Assembly: GCA_963717465.1 (NCBI GenBank)
Contig: OY970340.1
Span: 32,001-96,000, forward strand
DNA from: Candidatus Bathyarchaeota archaeon
Lineage (GTDB): Archaea > Thermoproteota > Bathyarchaeia > Bathyarchaeales > Bathycorpusculaceae
Reading direction: 5' to 3'
DNA length: 64,000 nt
Made by a program: the position numbers and the translations under genes. Each line of letters begins with the position of its first letter. Within the stretch, counting starts at the first letter, position 1. The notes beneath the pieces are model-generated. The model did not search any database and was not told the DNA's origin. It saw only the letters and a list, made by a program, of their open reading frames with translations. Positions 41,881 to 52,880 of this stretch are shown here, piece by piece.

Positions 41881-43683
41881 ATGAGAATTCGCATAAAAAC
41901 TCTAATTGCTCTAATGGTAACTACTCTTTTCCTATTCTTGGTTATACAATTCTTTTCGAGTTCATTTGTTCAAAGTGAATTTTCAGGCATCGAACAGAAC
42001 GATGTGGATCAAACGATTAGCAGAATTCAGGTAGCAACTATAAACCGATTGACACAAATAGACAGCGAACTAGTCAGCTGGTCCCAACTTAACAGCACAT
42101 ACGAATTCATGCAAAATCCACAGAACGACACTGAATTCGAAGAAACTTACCTGACGGCAGCTTCCTTGTCCAACTTGGGAATAAATTTTGTCATTTTTCT
42201 AGACCCTCAAGGCAATTACATGACAAGTATGGGTGTGAATTTGATCGATTTAACCCAGGTGCCTGTTCCTCAAGATATATTAACCAAAGTATCTAACGAC
42301 AGCACAATTTGGAACTTAGGTAGCGCCATAGATAACCCTAATTACGGCTTCATCTGGTCCTTGGAGGGACCTGTTATGGTGGCTTCTAGCCCTGTGTTGA
42401 TGACTGGCGGAGAAGGTCCCTCAGCAGGGGTTTTAATTTTTGCCCGTTATTTCGATTCGGGCAGCGAGGGAACAGGGGCTGGAGCAAGTGAAACAGAAAA
42501 ACTCCAAAATGTTTTGGGTTATCCAATAACGATGTTATCCATTGCCGACTGGGAAAAGGAAAATTCAATTCAAGACGATCCTCCTTCAACATACATTAAA
42601 CCGTTAAATCAGCAATACATCATAGGCTACGATATAATTGACGGAATCGACGGTCAGCCAATTTTAGTCATTGGAGCAACCATGCCCAGAACAGTCTATG
42701 ACCAAGGTTTACAAATAACTGAATACATCAATGAAATATTGATATCTGCTGGAATAACGTTTAGCTTAATCATCAGTTTACTAGTGGAATTTTCAGTTCT
42801 CAGAAAATTAAGCAATCTCACTTCATCTGTAATTAAAATCATGGCCAGCCCAGACCAATTCCAGAAGCTATCGGTTTCTGGAAACGATGAAATAACTTGG
42901 TTAACACGTTCAATCAACGGAATGATTGAACAAATTCACAAACAAAACGTTAAAATACAAAAAACAGAGCGCATGTCAGCCATCGGGGAACTCGCAAGGC
43001 AAGTTGGCCATGACCTTCGCAATCCCTTAGCAAGCATGAAGAACGCTGCATTTTATTTAAAGCGAAAAGGGAGTAAATGCACGGATGCAGATAGGGATAA
43101 AATGCTTTCGATTATCGAGGATGATATTAATCGTTCAAATAAAATTATAAACGATCTCATCGAATACTCAACCGAATTATATTTAAATGTTAGACAATGC
43201 TCAGCCAAAACACTTCTTAAAGATGCCTTACTTCAACTGCAAATTCCGAGCACTATCCAAATTGTGGATAACATTTCTGAGGAACCCAAAATTTTAGTGG
43301 ATATTGACAGAATGCAGCGAGTTTTCGCATCTATACTAGAGAATGCAGTTGAAGCCATGCCGCATGGAGGAACAATAGAGGTTCAAAGCAGCCAAGAAGA
43401 TTCCAACGTGAAAATATCGTTCAGTGATACTGGAGAAGGTATAGATATAGACATAAGGCCAAAAATTTTCTCGCCGCTGATTACAACAAAAGCTCGGGGC
43501 ATGGGGTTAAGTTTAGCAATTTGCAAACGCATTGTGGATAGTCATGGTGGCAAAATAGAGTTTGAAAGCGCCGTGGGCAAGGGCACGACGTTCAGAATAA
43601 TTTTGCCGCTTAAACCAAAAATTAAACGACGCGAAAAAGCTGAGTCGCCTAAACCTGACCCATTGCTTCATTACAAGAATTAA
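41881..43683 (+). CDS. Membrane sensor histidine kinase (CHASE4-like, HAMP, HisKA, HATPase)
   Basis: Two transmembrane segments; GNDEI..L HAMP; HDLRNPL, ENAVEA, DTGEG and GMGLSL motifs. Confidence 0.92.
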   Translation: MRIRIKTLIALMVTTLFLFLVIQFFSSSFVQSEFSGIEQNDVDQTISRIQVATINRLTQIDSELVSWSQLNSTYEFMQNPQNDTEFEETYLTAASLSNLGINFVIFLDPQGNYMTSMGVNLIDLTQVPVPQDILTKVSNDSTIWNLGSAIDNPNYGFIWSLEGPVMVASSPVLMTGGEGPSAGVLIFARYFDSGSEGTGAGASETEKLQNVLGYPITMLSIADWEKENSIQDDPPSTYIKPLNQQYIIGYDIIDGIDGQPILVIGATMPRTVYDQGLQITEYINEILISAGITFSLIISLLVEFSVLRKLSNLTSSVIKIMASPDQFQKLSVSGNDEITWLTRSINGMIEQIHKQNVKIQKTERMSAIGELARQVGHDLRNPLASMKNAAFYLKRKGSKCTDADRDKMLSIIEDDINRSNKIINDLIEYSTELYLNVRQCSAKTLLKDALLQLQIPSTIQIVDNISEEPKILVDIDRMQRVFASILENAVEAMPHGGTIEVQSSQEDSNVKISFSDTGEGIDIDIRPKIFSPLITTKARGMGLSLAICKRIVDSHGGKIEFESAVGKGTTFRIILPLKPKIKRREKAESPKPDPLLHYKN

Positions 43684-44053
43684 GACAATTTTCAAATATT
43701 TGACAATCAAGCGAATATGCAATTGAACGCTACTTCACAAATTGTGCGTTTACAAGTAATTGTATGTTCAATATCATTTAATCACAGAAATCAAGAAATT
43801 ATTCTTTAATTGAATCTTGAAAAATAATGCGCAATTTGCCTAAAACAGGAAATCCCATTCCTTTCCTGCTCCTTTACTTGCTAGCCTGTTAATATGACTG
43901 CATTGAAAAGAAGATCTATCTTTAATCCCGCACGGCATTACACAAAATCTGTAGCTTCAATTAATAACGCTTTATAATAACATGTTAAGAAACGAGTTTT
44001 AGGTCCAATTATGACCAAGGGCATTACAAGAAACCAGTCAAACCGTTTAGAAG

Positions 44054-44695
44054 TTGAAGCATATTCTTAGCAAGAGAATAGGAGGCCTACTTTTCATCAT
44101 TGGCGCAGTTCAGTTTGTCATAGCAGTCTTTATTTCCCAAGCGATCTATCCTAGCTACGATGTCTTGCAGCAAGTTACAAGTGACTTAGGTAACTGGAGC
44201 TTATCAACCAACTCCGCAATAGTCTTCAACATATCGCTTTGCCTGCTGGGGGCATTCATGATTGCTGGGGCCTATTTTATCCAAAAAGGACTCAACAATA
44301 GAACTTTTACCTCCCTATTTGTTATCGCTGGAATTAGCATTATTGTGACAGGCTTTATTACTGAGAACATTTTCTTGCCAGTGCATTTATTTTTCTCTGT
44401 GGTGACCTTTGTCTTTATAGCGGCTTGCTCCTTGACGGGCTATAAGTTTGAGAAGTCACCTGTTTCATATCTATCAGCTTCTTTGGGGGCTGTCGCTTTT
44501 TTGGCAATGATCTTGTTTGTTTTGGGCTTAGCATTTGGAAATAGCAATTTCGACTTGGGCTTAGGTAAAGGCGGAATGGAACGCCTCATAATATATCCAT
44601 GTTTGCTTGCGTTGTTTGCCTGTGGCGCATGCTTAATTACAGGTTTCATTAAAACTCTCCCGGCCGAAATAAATCGGACAGCGATTCACCATTGA
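44054..44695 (+). CDS. DUF998-family membrane protein
   Basis: YPSY...SDLG, FN, H, and GGMERL..YP motifs. Confidence 0.8.
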   Translation: MKHILSKRIGGLLFIIGAVQFVIAVFISQAIYPSYDVLQQVTSDLGNWSLSTNSAIVFNISLCLLGAFMIAGAYFIQKGLNNRTFTSLFVIAGISIIVTGFITENIFLPVHLFFSVVTFVFIAACSLTGYKFEKSPVSYLSASLGAVAFLAMILFVLGLAFGNSNFDLGLGKGGMERLIIYPCLLALFACGACLITGFIKTLPAEINRTAIHH

Positions 44696-44799
44696 GAGAA
44701 GCTTGGATTTCCAGATTCCCGACAAATTGATTAGATTATTAAAACAGGCTTAAAATCAGTCGACATAAGTTTAAATATTGAATTATTTAAGCAGTTTCC

Positions 44800-45084
44800 A
44801 TGGAAGTCAAACGAATTCAAAACATCGATTCACTAAAAAAACTACATGAAACAAACAAAAAATAACACTCAAAAATACTGAAGATACTTGACAAAGAACT
44901 AAAAAAGCAAATCACCGTCCCTTTGGGAGAAAAACTCGAAACACGCATAAGCATTAAAACCGCACTCTATCACAGGGTTATGGAAGACATGATACACTAC
45001 GGAGAATTGTCTGCAGCACTTTGGCAAATGAACCTTGAAGCTCCATACAGCGGCTTTTGGCATCACAAATATCAAAATCCCTAA
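44800..45084 (+). pseudogene. DinB-like remnant with an in-frame TAA
   Basis: ATG at 44800, TAA at 44863-44865; the frame resumes to LYHRVMEDMIHYGELSAALWQMNLEAP, a DinB-like C-terminal helix. Confidence 0.5.
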
Positions 45085-45171
45085 GCAACAAGTCGAACAC
45101 TCATCAGCGAATGGAAAGATTGACAGCTTTACTTCGGTAATCTGTGGGAAAATGAAAAATTTGTGTGGGAC

Positions 45172-45687
45172 TTACTCTAATTTCTTGCTTAGAGTTAAGG
45201 ATTTTAGTTGAAGTGGCTTAAACACCGTGTTTGTTCCAAGGTTGACGATGAAACTTTCGCTTCCCACTATCCAATCGGACAATTCGGATTCTACCGACTT
45301 TCTAAAGTCAGTATAACCCGTGAAGTTTTCGTGAACTGAAAAGCACGCTAAATCCCAGCCCATTCCCAGCCCCTCCAATACCAAGACAACGCCTGGGAGT
45401 TTCATATACCAATCTTTTAGTTTCTTTACTGATTCTTCTTTTGTTTGCCCTCTTTGGCTTCTTACGTTAGTTTTAAGAAATGTTATTGCAAAAATTTCGA
45501 AACCGATTTCAAAGAATTTCGGTATAACTGTGTAGCCTAACATGTAATTCTCTTCAAGCATTGCTCTTCTTCGAGTTATGGTAGGCTGAGAAACACCCAA
45601 GACTTTAGCCAGTTGCCTATCACTCCTATGCGAGTCCTTCATTAATTCAAACAATAATTTATAATCAATCGATTTCAACTCTTTCAT
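45172..45687 (-). CDS. Lrp/AsnC-family transcriptional regulator
   Basis: IDYKLL.EL.KDS.RSDRQLAK.LGVSQPT.TRR helix-turn-helix. Confidence 0.9.
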   Translation of the reverse strand: MKELKSIDYKLLFELMKDSHRSDRQLAKVLGVSQPTITRRRAMLEENYMLGYTVIPKFFEIGFEIFAITFLKTNVRSQRGQTKEESVKKLKDWYMKLPGVVLVLEGLGMGWDLACFSVHENFTGYTDFRKSVESELSDWIVGSESFIVNLGTNTVFKPLQLKSLTLSKKLE

Positions 45688-45873
45688 AGTTATCATCTTT
45701 TTTAATATCATGAATTTTTTGCCAAAATATAAACTTAATTGTTTAATATAAAGAAACATATCAAGAAATCACTGATTAACTTTAGAGATTATAAAAACAA
45801 AACATTGAAAAACGGATGCTATACAAAAAGCCTATTCACTCATGTAAGAATAAAAAAAGAGGGGGTTTTCAGT

Positions 45874-46542
45874 TTAAACTGATGTTGGCGGTTGTGCTGG
45901 TGCTCCTGTATCTGCTGGGGTTGGCAAAGGTTTTAGCGTTAAGAATGCTATTGCTAGGAAGATTATTGAAATCCAAATTATTATGTACCCAATGCCGACA
46001 ATCGTTAGAATTGCGCCGATAAGCAAAAGTGTTCCTGTAGTTGCGAATAACCCTTGACCTGCTTTTTGGGAAAGCATGTTTAATGATCTTCTCATTAGGA
46101 GAGCCGCGATCACAAAGAAGACAAGCAGAATGACTAGAACTGCTACAATGCCTCCGGCTGTGGATCTAACTATGGATGCAGCGAAAGAAGCTATTTGATC
46201 TGGAGTGGTTGGAGTTTGTGCAGTCATAGTTGAAAGTGCTGACCAATCACCGAATGTCCAACCTGGATAAATCGTCGTCAAAACAGTCGGTAGAATTAAG
46301 TAGAAAGCAGCTGTCACTGCAGCTATGACCCCGATTATCCCCGCGACTAAGCCGTATAAAAAGTCGTAAAATATGCCTGAATTTTTGTAATAATCTGCTA
46401 AACCCTTCAAGCCTATAAGCAAAAGTATTAGACCTATCAAGGATAACCCTGAGGCAGGCGGGGATATTCTAGGAACCAAAAAGCCAATCAAAAGCAGTAT
46501 TGCACCTATGCCACCTAAATACTTGCTTGTATCAAGATTCAA
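45874..46542 (-). CDS. DUF996-family membrane protein
   Basis: SK.LGGIGAIL, GL.GL.DYY, LF.T.G.LL.IGA.LTI..IG motifs; TTG start after ggagga. Confidence 0.82.
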   Translation of the reverse strand: MNLDTSKYLGGIGAILLLIGFLVPRISPPASGLSLIGLILLLIGLKGLADYYKNSGIFYDFLYGLVAGIIGVIAAVTAAFYLILPTVLTTIYPGWTFGDWSALSTMTAQTPTTPDQIASFAASIVRSTAGGIVAVLVILLVFFVIAALLMRRSLNMLSQKAGQGLFATTGTLLLIGAILTIVGIGYIIIWISIIFLAIAFLTLKPLPTPADTGAPAQPPTSV

Positions 46543-46821
46543 TTTTATTCTCCTCCATTTTCTTGAAAAACATAGATATTGCATGAGTGATATAGCCCTA
46601 ACATTTAGATCATCAACTCTAACAGTTAGAGACCCAAACAGGCGGATTATTCAAGCCGAAAACATGCAAAAAGATAAGCAGGCAAGCAGTTTAAGCTGAA
46701 CAAACCTCTCTCGTCCATTATATCTAAAGAGAACCAGCTAAGCCAAGTGTTAAACCAAATATTAGTTATGCTGCGCCTGAATTTTTTTGACCGAGGCGAA
46801 GAGTATCATACGTTCAAATAA

Positions 46822-47232
46822 TCATTTGAATTTTTCAAGCGTCAATTCAAGCTGATCAAAGTCTTTCAGGATTGTATCTGAATGTGCCATAATCCATGGG
46901 CTTAAGCAATCCATTGCTGATACAACGATAACCTTCTTGCCTTTACGTTTAGCATAAAATAGTTCCATGCATGCTCCTGCTGACAGCTTTGGCAAATAAA
47001 CAATCATAATATCGCATCTGTCAGCATCATCTAAATCTCGCTGTACAAAGTCAAACGTTTTATAAGTATTCCACCAACATTCTTCATTTCCCGTGTAGAG
47101 TACCTTTTCACGTTGCCAAGGGTCAATAACATCAAAACCTATTTTTGCACAGACCTTGGTAATTGCTTCCCTATACACTTGGTTATTTTCCATTCCTAAA
47201 ATAGGACCCGAAATGAACACTGCTTTCTTCAT
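46822..47232 (-). CDS. Nucleoside 2-deoxyribosyltransferase-like protein
   Basis: VFISGPI, IDP, RDL..ADRCD and SAGACMEL.YA...GK motifs. Confidence 0.78.
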   Translation of the reverse strand: MKKAVFISGPILGMENNQVYREAITKVCAKIGFDVIDPWQREKVLYTGNEECWWNTYKTFDFVQRDLDDADRCDIMIVYLPKLSAGACMELFYAKRKGKKVIVVSAMDCLSPWIMAHSDTILKDFDQLELTLEKFK

Positions 47233-47496
47233 AGCCTAATTAACCATAAAATCATAAAAATAAGTTTTTGGTGCACGCATATGCTTTAAGAAAGAAGTAA
47301 GTTCCAGATTTGAACTAGAGCCTATAGCGCGTGGGAAGCATAGTTTATCGGTGCTCTTTTTATGTGAGCATTAATTATTTTTTGAAGTCCAGCATTTTCT
47401 TTTTCGACTCTATTAGAGCACAATACAACATGAGAAAATACATTATCAAAAAAGAATCATTCAGATTAAATAGAAAAAAGGTAGGAGTTTTTGTAT

Positions 47497-48864
47497 TTAA
47501 CCCCAAGTTGGGTAGTCAAAACCCATATCTTTGAACTCTTTTGTCATCTTGTTATAATGGTCTATGTACCATTTGTTGGGTCGAAGAGTTTCTTTGTCGT
47601 AGAATTCGTATAGGTCCTTCGGTGGAGGTTGGCCGCCCATGGGCACAATAGTCGGCTCATATTTTTTGATAAGATCTTTAATCACCTTGATTCCTTCGCT
47701 TACCTTCATTCCAGCTGCTGCTCTTGTCACTTCACTTCCAAATCTTATGTCCAAAGCAGGCATACCGCCGACCATCCACATTCCCTCCATTCCTGATATG
47801 CAAGAAGTTATGCAGGCGGCTGCTGTAGCCAAATAATTGGTTTCAGTGGCAAATTGGCCAACTGCGCCTAATCCGCTGGAAATCCATGGATTTCTTGTGT
47901 TTCTTTCTGCGGCTAAAGCCATGGCTGAATTGCACCAAAAGACATCTGTTCCTTCGTAACGATTATCGAGCGTGTTGCTCATTGCCTGTGTGAATGAGCC
48001 ATCGGCGTAAGCCATCTGACCCAGCGAATGAGCCATCCCTTCAAGAACCGCTTCTTCAGGACAACTGATATACGCATATAGAGTAGGGCTAGTACTCTGC
48101 CATGGAACAATCCCATGCTGCATAGCAAAATAGGCAAGATTAAGCCTATCAATGACTACCCTCATGTCCTGCAGTATATGCACTGGCATCATACAGTTTT
48201 TAGGCGTATAGTAGCCAGGATCAAAAGCCTGCATTAACGCAACCATGCTCGTACCAGTTTCTGGGAATCCGAGTAACATGCCAGGTCTTCCAGCAGCGCG
48301 TGTGCCTGCAGTCATCAGTTCACATTCGGCGTGAACTGCTAGTGACTCAGTAGGCGTTGCATACGTTGATTTCTGACCAAAAGACGCCTCCATTATTGCA
48401 GTCATCATTCCATCCGTAGTCGGTTCACGAGCAGTAAGATAAACGGCGTCCCTCCACTGTTGTATGTCACTTCCCATCCATCCGCCCGCATTTAGACAGT
48501 ATGGATGCTGCTTATCCTCAGGACCCCTAATATGCATCCTCAGAATATCTCTGCCTGATCCCCATTCAACCTCATGCTTTCTTGTTTTAGCAACCTCTCT
48601 AAGTTCATTTTCACTAAACTTAACTATGTGCTTAGTATCTTTACAGTACAACCCGCACTGAACAAGCAACTGTATGCTGCCTTCAAAAATAGCATCAGCC
48701 ATCTGCGGATCTGACATTATTGGTTCGCCTGGTTCCCATTTGATCTTGTAGTCTTGGACGAGTTTCTTTAGTATTGTTGGAAAATACGTGTTCTCAAATT
48801 CATCTTCTTTCATTATTGGACCCGTTCTTGTTCTTTCTAAAACTTCCCACAAAAGATGTCCCAT
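47497..48864 (-). CDS. Monomethylamine:corrinoid methyltransferase (MtmB) homolog lacking pyrrolysine
   Basis: ER..TG, CGLYC.DT..IVKF.E.E, G.GRD, AGRPGM...PET, EV.RAAAG and YD.ETL.P match MtmB throughout; no in-frame TAG. Confidence 0.85.
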   Translation of the reverse strand: MGHLLWEVLERTRTGPIMKEDEFENTYFPTILKKLVQDYKIKWEPGEPIMSDPQMADAIFEGSIQLLVQCGLYCKDTKHIVKFSENELREVAKTRKHEVEWGSGRDILRMHIRGPEDKQHPYCLNAGGWMGSDIQQWRDAVYLTAREPTTDGMMTAIMEASFGQKSTYATPTESLAVHAECELMTAGTRAAGRPGMLLGFPETGTSMVALMQAFDPGYYTPKNCMMPVHILQDMRVVIDRLNLAYFAMQHGIVPWQSTSPTLYAYISCPEEAVLEGMAHSLGQMAYADGSFTQAMSNTLDNRYEGTDVFWCNSAMALAAERNTRNPWISSGLGAVGQFATETNYLATAAACITSCISGMEGMWMVGGMPALDIRFGSEVTRAAAGMKVSEGIKVIKDLIKKYEPTIVPMGGQPPPKDLYEFYDKETLRPNKWYIDHYNKMTKEFKDMGFDYPTWG

Positions 48865-49013
48865 ATTTCTTTCTCCTTTTTCGGGATTAAAATCCCAAAT
48901 TAATATGGGTTAATTAATCATTTAATGCTTGTGCAACCGAGCTATTTTTCAATCGCTAAGCATGGACGCGGGCTTAAAGAAACATTAATTTATAATGCTT
49001 GTTTTTTCAAAAA

Positions 49014-49910
49014 CTATACTTTCTGGATTTTGTTCATTGGGCGAGGCAAGATGGGATCTGTGCCGTCAATAGCTCGATCAAGGGCTTGCAGAAGCTTTTC
49101 CTTGTTTTCCGGCAGCATCCCTTCCAAGTGTAGGCAGTTGGATGGGTGAATTGACGTGAAGCCGCAATGTTTCAGCTCCAGGTCCTTAATTATGATGCGC
49201 ATTTCCTGTAGTATTTCCATATCGGTCGGGATCTCGAATTCACCATTTTGAACTTTCTTATGCAATTCTGTTCCGGGGATTACCATAATCGTTAATGCGC
49301 CGATGTAATCGGGTTGGATTTCGTTACAAATACGTGCGGTGCTTTTAGCGTGCTCCAGAGCCTGGGGTGTTCTTCCAGCTAGTCCTAAGATAACGGTGAT
49401 AAACAGCTGAATGCCAGATTCATGCACCTTTTTTCCGGCTTCAACCATTTGATCATAAGTCACGCCTTTGCGTACTTCACGAAGCACTTTTTCGTCCCCG
49501 CTCTCAACGCCCAGATGAGCCTCAACGAGTCCATGTCCGCGTAGTTGCTTCAGTTCAAGTGGTGCCTTGTTTAGGATACTTGCAGGGCTGGCATAGGTCC
49601 CTACATAGAAGAGGCTTGGAAAGGTATCATACAGGCGACCCAAAATCTTTACCAAGCTTGAAGTAGGCATAGTTAGAGCATCCCCGTCTCCCAGAAACAC
49701 CTTCTTGACATCTCCATAGTATTCTTTTGCCAGCTTGATATCCTCAAGAATTTCATCCAAATTGCGGATCCGGTAGCGTTTGTCTTTATACATTGAACAA
49801 AATGTGCATTGGTTATGACTGCAACCGATGGTGCACTGAAGAATGTAGTCGTCTCCTGCAATGTGCGGGCTATAAATATCCCCTTCATAACGCATAATAA
49901 AACCGCCCAT
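49014..49910 (-). CDS. Radical SAM protein
   Basis: MRYEG.IY, QCTIGCSHNQCTFC (CxxxCxxC), FLGDGDAL and LGVESGD motifs. Confidence 0.9.
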   Translation of the reverse strand: MGGFIMRYEGDIYSPHIAGDDYILQCTIGCSHNQCTFCSMYKDKRYRIRNLDEILEDIKLAKEYYGDVKKVFLGDGDALTMPTSSLVKILGRLYDTFPSLFYVGTYASPASILNKAPLELKQLRGHGLVEAHLGVESGDEKVLREVRKGVTYDQMVEAGKKVHESGIQLFITVILGLAGRTPQALEHAKSTARICNEIQPDYIGALTIMVIPGTELHKKVQNGEFEIPTDMEILQEMRIIIKDLELKHCGFTSIHPSNCLHLEGMLPENKEKLLQALDRAIDGTDPILPRPMNKIQKV

Positions 49911-50065
49911 TTGAGGCGCCGCACAAATTGTTTATAATGTTAATGCCCCATTGAGTAATTGTAAACGTTTATCTTAAGTTTATTTGAAAAGCTGACTTCG
50001 GTAAACATAAAACCATGCACTTAACGGAAGCAAAGCTGAAATATGGGCAATTGACGAATATTTTT

Positions 50066-50458
50066 ATGCGTTGTAAAAACTGCGGCGTCTGCTGCATAAA
50101 CACAGAAATGCTGCTTAGCAACCAAGATATAAAACGCCTAACGGAAAAAGGCCACCTAAAAGAAAACTTCATGCAAATCGATCAAGATGGCTATGCACAA
50201 CTGAAAAACATAAACGGTCACTGTGTGTTCTACAATATCGCGAAAAGCAAGTGTAATATCTATGAAGATAGGCCGGAAGGATGCCAAATCTACCCAATAA
50301 TTCTTGACGAAGAAAAAGGCATCGTATTTGACGAGGGTTGTAGCGCAACAGAAACAATAACGGATGAGGAAAAACAGGCGAAAGGCAAAAAAGTAATCAC
50401 ACTTCTGCAAAAAATGGATCAACAGGCAAAATCACGAGCCTCCAACAGTCTTAAATAA
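50066..50458 (+). CDS. YkgJ-family cysteine-cluster protein
   Basis: CKNCGVCC, CVF, CNIYEDRPEGCQIYP motifs. Confidence 0.88.
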   Translation: MRCKNCGVCCINTEMLLSNQDIKRLTEKGHLKENFMQIDQDGYAQLKNINGHCVFYNIAKSKCNIYEDRPEGCQIYPIILDEEKGIVFDEGCSATETITDEEKQAKGKKVITLLQKMDQQAKSRASNSLK

Positions 50459-50844
50459 ATGATTTTGTAAAAAAGAAAGTCGTCAACAAAGTCAAAAGAA
50501 AAAATGGCGCTATTAGAGCAATGAAAAATAGAAATTTAGAAAATATCCTACGGTTTCACATTTAGATTGTGATTTTTAAGAAAAAATAGATTTTTGAATG
50601 CGTTCGCAGTCCATGAATTGTCCTCCAGCTACAGCGCTACCCTTTATCTACACGCGCTATTGCTCTCATTAATTGTCGCTTTGTTTGTCTGTCTCTGTTT
50701 TTGTCCGTTGTTCAATGAAGGTTTTGTTTCAAGGGTTTCAGGCATCTCATCAATTTTCAGGAAATGAGTTACACAGGAGTTGTATCTGATTAAACGAGCT
50801 AGTCTTTAAGAGTTCACATATTTATTCTCAAAAGGAGGGATTAT

Positions 50845-51474
50845 ATGGAAGTAGGTAAGCTGAAAAAGGACCTCGAAGATTTAAGCAGTTTTGCTTCGAA
50901 AAATGGTGCAACTGAAGTAAAAGTGATAGAATCCAGCAAAGTGGTTGTTGACGAACGAGTTCAACTGAAATGTGCATATCCTCCTTGTATTTACTATGGA
51001 AAAAGTCTTATGTGTCCACCTTATACGCCCAAAGCTAAAGATTTTCGAGAAATTGTTAAAAAATATGATTTTGCCATCGCCGCACAAATAACCCGTGCTT
51101 ATGATGACGAATTAAAAAAATACCTTAATGTAAATGGAGCAAAATTTCAAGATGTTATAAATAATCCTGAATTTCAAAAAGAAATGAAAGTTGTTATGGA
51201 TGATGTAACTAAAAGGCTTAGAAACCTCATTGCTTCCATAGAGAGAGAAGCTTTTAGCAGAGGGTATTATCTATCAATTGGACTTGGATCAGGCACCTGC
51301 TTATTATGCGAAACATGCGAATTAAAATATCCATGTAAACATCCATGGGAGGCTAGACCAAGCATGGAAGCTATGGGGATCGATATTACTAGAACTATGA
51401 GGAATGCGGGGCTACAGTTGACTTGGAATTCAGGAGAGAAAATCACCTTAAATTGTCTTGTTTTAATTGGTTAA
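50845..51474 (+). CDS. DUF2284-family predicted metal-binding protein
   Basis: VDERV.LKC...C..YG..LMCPP, ERE.F..GYY, G.C.LC..C and C.HP..ARPSMEAMGID motifs. Confidence 0.85.
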   Translation: MEVGKLKKDLEDLSSFASKNGATEVKVIESSKVVVDERVQLKCAYPPCIYYGKSLMCPPYTPKAKDFREIVKKYDFAIAAQITRAYDDELKKYLNVNGAKFQDVINNPEFQKEMKVVMDDVTKRLRNLIASIEREAFSRGYYLSIGLGSGTCLLCETCELKYPCKHPWEARPSMEAMGIDITRTMRNAGLQLTWNSGEKITLNCLVLIG

Positions 51475-51757
51475 ATTATGCGCGCTTAATAGCGCGCTAA
51501 AAAAATAGAGCTCTTTTAGCTTATTGTAAAGAATGGTTGCAATTGAAGCATAGTACCCAGTCCGCGATAGTATACGTACAATATTTTAGACATAGACATA
51601 CATAAATAGAGACAGACATCACACAGAGATAGAGATACATATCACACATATCTCTCAAATAAAAGATAAAAGTAGAAAAAAATAGCGCGCTGTTGATTCA
51701 ACTCTATCCCTAACTCTATTGAAGAATCCTAAACTCTTGTGTAACTAACAATTACGA

Positions 51758-52834
51758 TTAACCTTCATAGCCCCAATAATAATTAGTTCCTCCATCGATT
51801 GCGGAAGCTCGAACTTCTTTGCCAGAGTAGCACTTGCCAACAATAAGTAGTTTTGAACCGCATTTAGGGCAGGCGTACTCCGAAGTCAAGTTGTAAGTCA
51901 AATGGAACACATGTTTCCCACATCGACTAATCAACTGCTCGCCGCAGCTTGGGCAATTTGTGTCTCTTTCATACCTGTTATAAACGTACTTAAGCCCTAA
52001 ACGTCTAAGGTCATTGGATAGTTTTATTACGTTTACCTCAGTATTACTTTGTTCCCTTTGTTCCATTAAGCACTGCGCTCTAAACGGCAGTAAATGCAAC
52101 GGTGTTTCAGGACCTAAATTATCCAATATCCATTTGCCAAGTTTATGCAACTCTTGATTCGAATCACCGTGTTCAAGCATCACTAAATTTGTTAATTCGA
52201 CATGAACTTTTTTATCCCTAAATGTTTTAACACATTCAAATATAGGCTGAACATTGTGCACATCGCAGAGTTCTCTATAAAACTGACTGTTTCCTGAACC
52301 TTTAAAATCTACAGTTACTGCATCAATATAGGGCGAAATCATGTTTACAGCCTCAGGAGTCATGTAACCGTTGGTTACTATCGTGGAGTATAAGCCGTTT
52401 TTGTGTGCAAGTTTGGCTGTGTCATATGCGTATTCAAAGAAAATTGTTGGTTCATTATATGTGAAGCTTATCCCCTGGCAGTCATTTTTTAGGGCACTTT
52501 CAACAATTTCTAACGGCGAAAGCTTTTCAATTGCTACAAATTTTTTTTGGTTGCTCAATTCGTGGTTTATGCAGAATTTGCATCTGAAATTGCAGCTTGT
52601 TGTGCCAAAAGAAAATGTGGCAGACCCGGGGTTAAAGTGGTATTGCGCTTTTTTCTCTATATTATCAATAAATCTTAAACTTAAATAACCATAAATATCG
52701 GTTAATAACTTGGCGTTTTCATTTCTTCTCACATTACAATATCCGACTTTGCCCTCAGGAATAACACATCTTCTAGCGCAAAGGTCACAGCGCACGCCTA
52801 AGGTTGTTGGGGAGTAAAACATGGCTTCTTTCAA
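51758..52834 (-). CDS. AmmeMemoRadiSam-type (PFL-activase-like) radical SAM enzyme, paralog 1
   Basis: CDLCARRC..GYC.VR.N, IEKK..YHF.PG, CNFRCKFC, FTYNEPT, TNGY and C-terminal CPxCG pairs. Confidence 0.9.
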   Translation of the reverse strand: MKEAMFYSPTTLGVRCDLCARRCVIPEGKVGYCNVRRNENAKLLTDIYGYLSLRFIDNIEKKAQYHFNPGSATFSFGTTSCNFRCKFCINHELSNQKKFVAIEKLSPLEIVESALKNDCQGISFTYNEPTIFFEYAYDTAKLAHKNGLYSTIVTNGYMTPEAVNMISPYIDAVTVDFKGSGNSQFYRELCDVHNVQPIFECVKTFRDKKVHVELTNLVMLEHGDSNQELHKLGKWILDNLGPETPLHLLPFRAQCLMEQREQSNTEVNVIKLSNDLRRLGLKYVYNRYERDTNCPSCGEQLISRCGKHVFHLTYNLTSEYACPKCGSKLLIVGKCYSGKEVRASAIDGGTNYYWGYEG

Positions 52835-52880
52835 AAATTTACACCATTAGCCCCTAAAAATCTAAAAAAAATATTCTTCT

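Noticed and set aside
47497..48864. Pyrrolysine (TAG) read-through in the MtmB homolog
   Set aside because: The ORF is uninterrupted and the equivalent codon is GGA; no pyl genes or tRNA-Pyl are seen in the window.
51588..51656. gacata/gagac-type short repeats as a CRISPR array or VNTR
   Set aside because: This is an irregular low-complexity tract with no constant repeat-spacer period and no cas genes.
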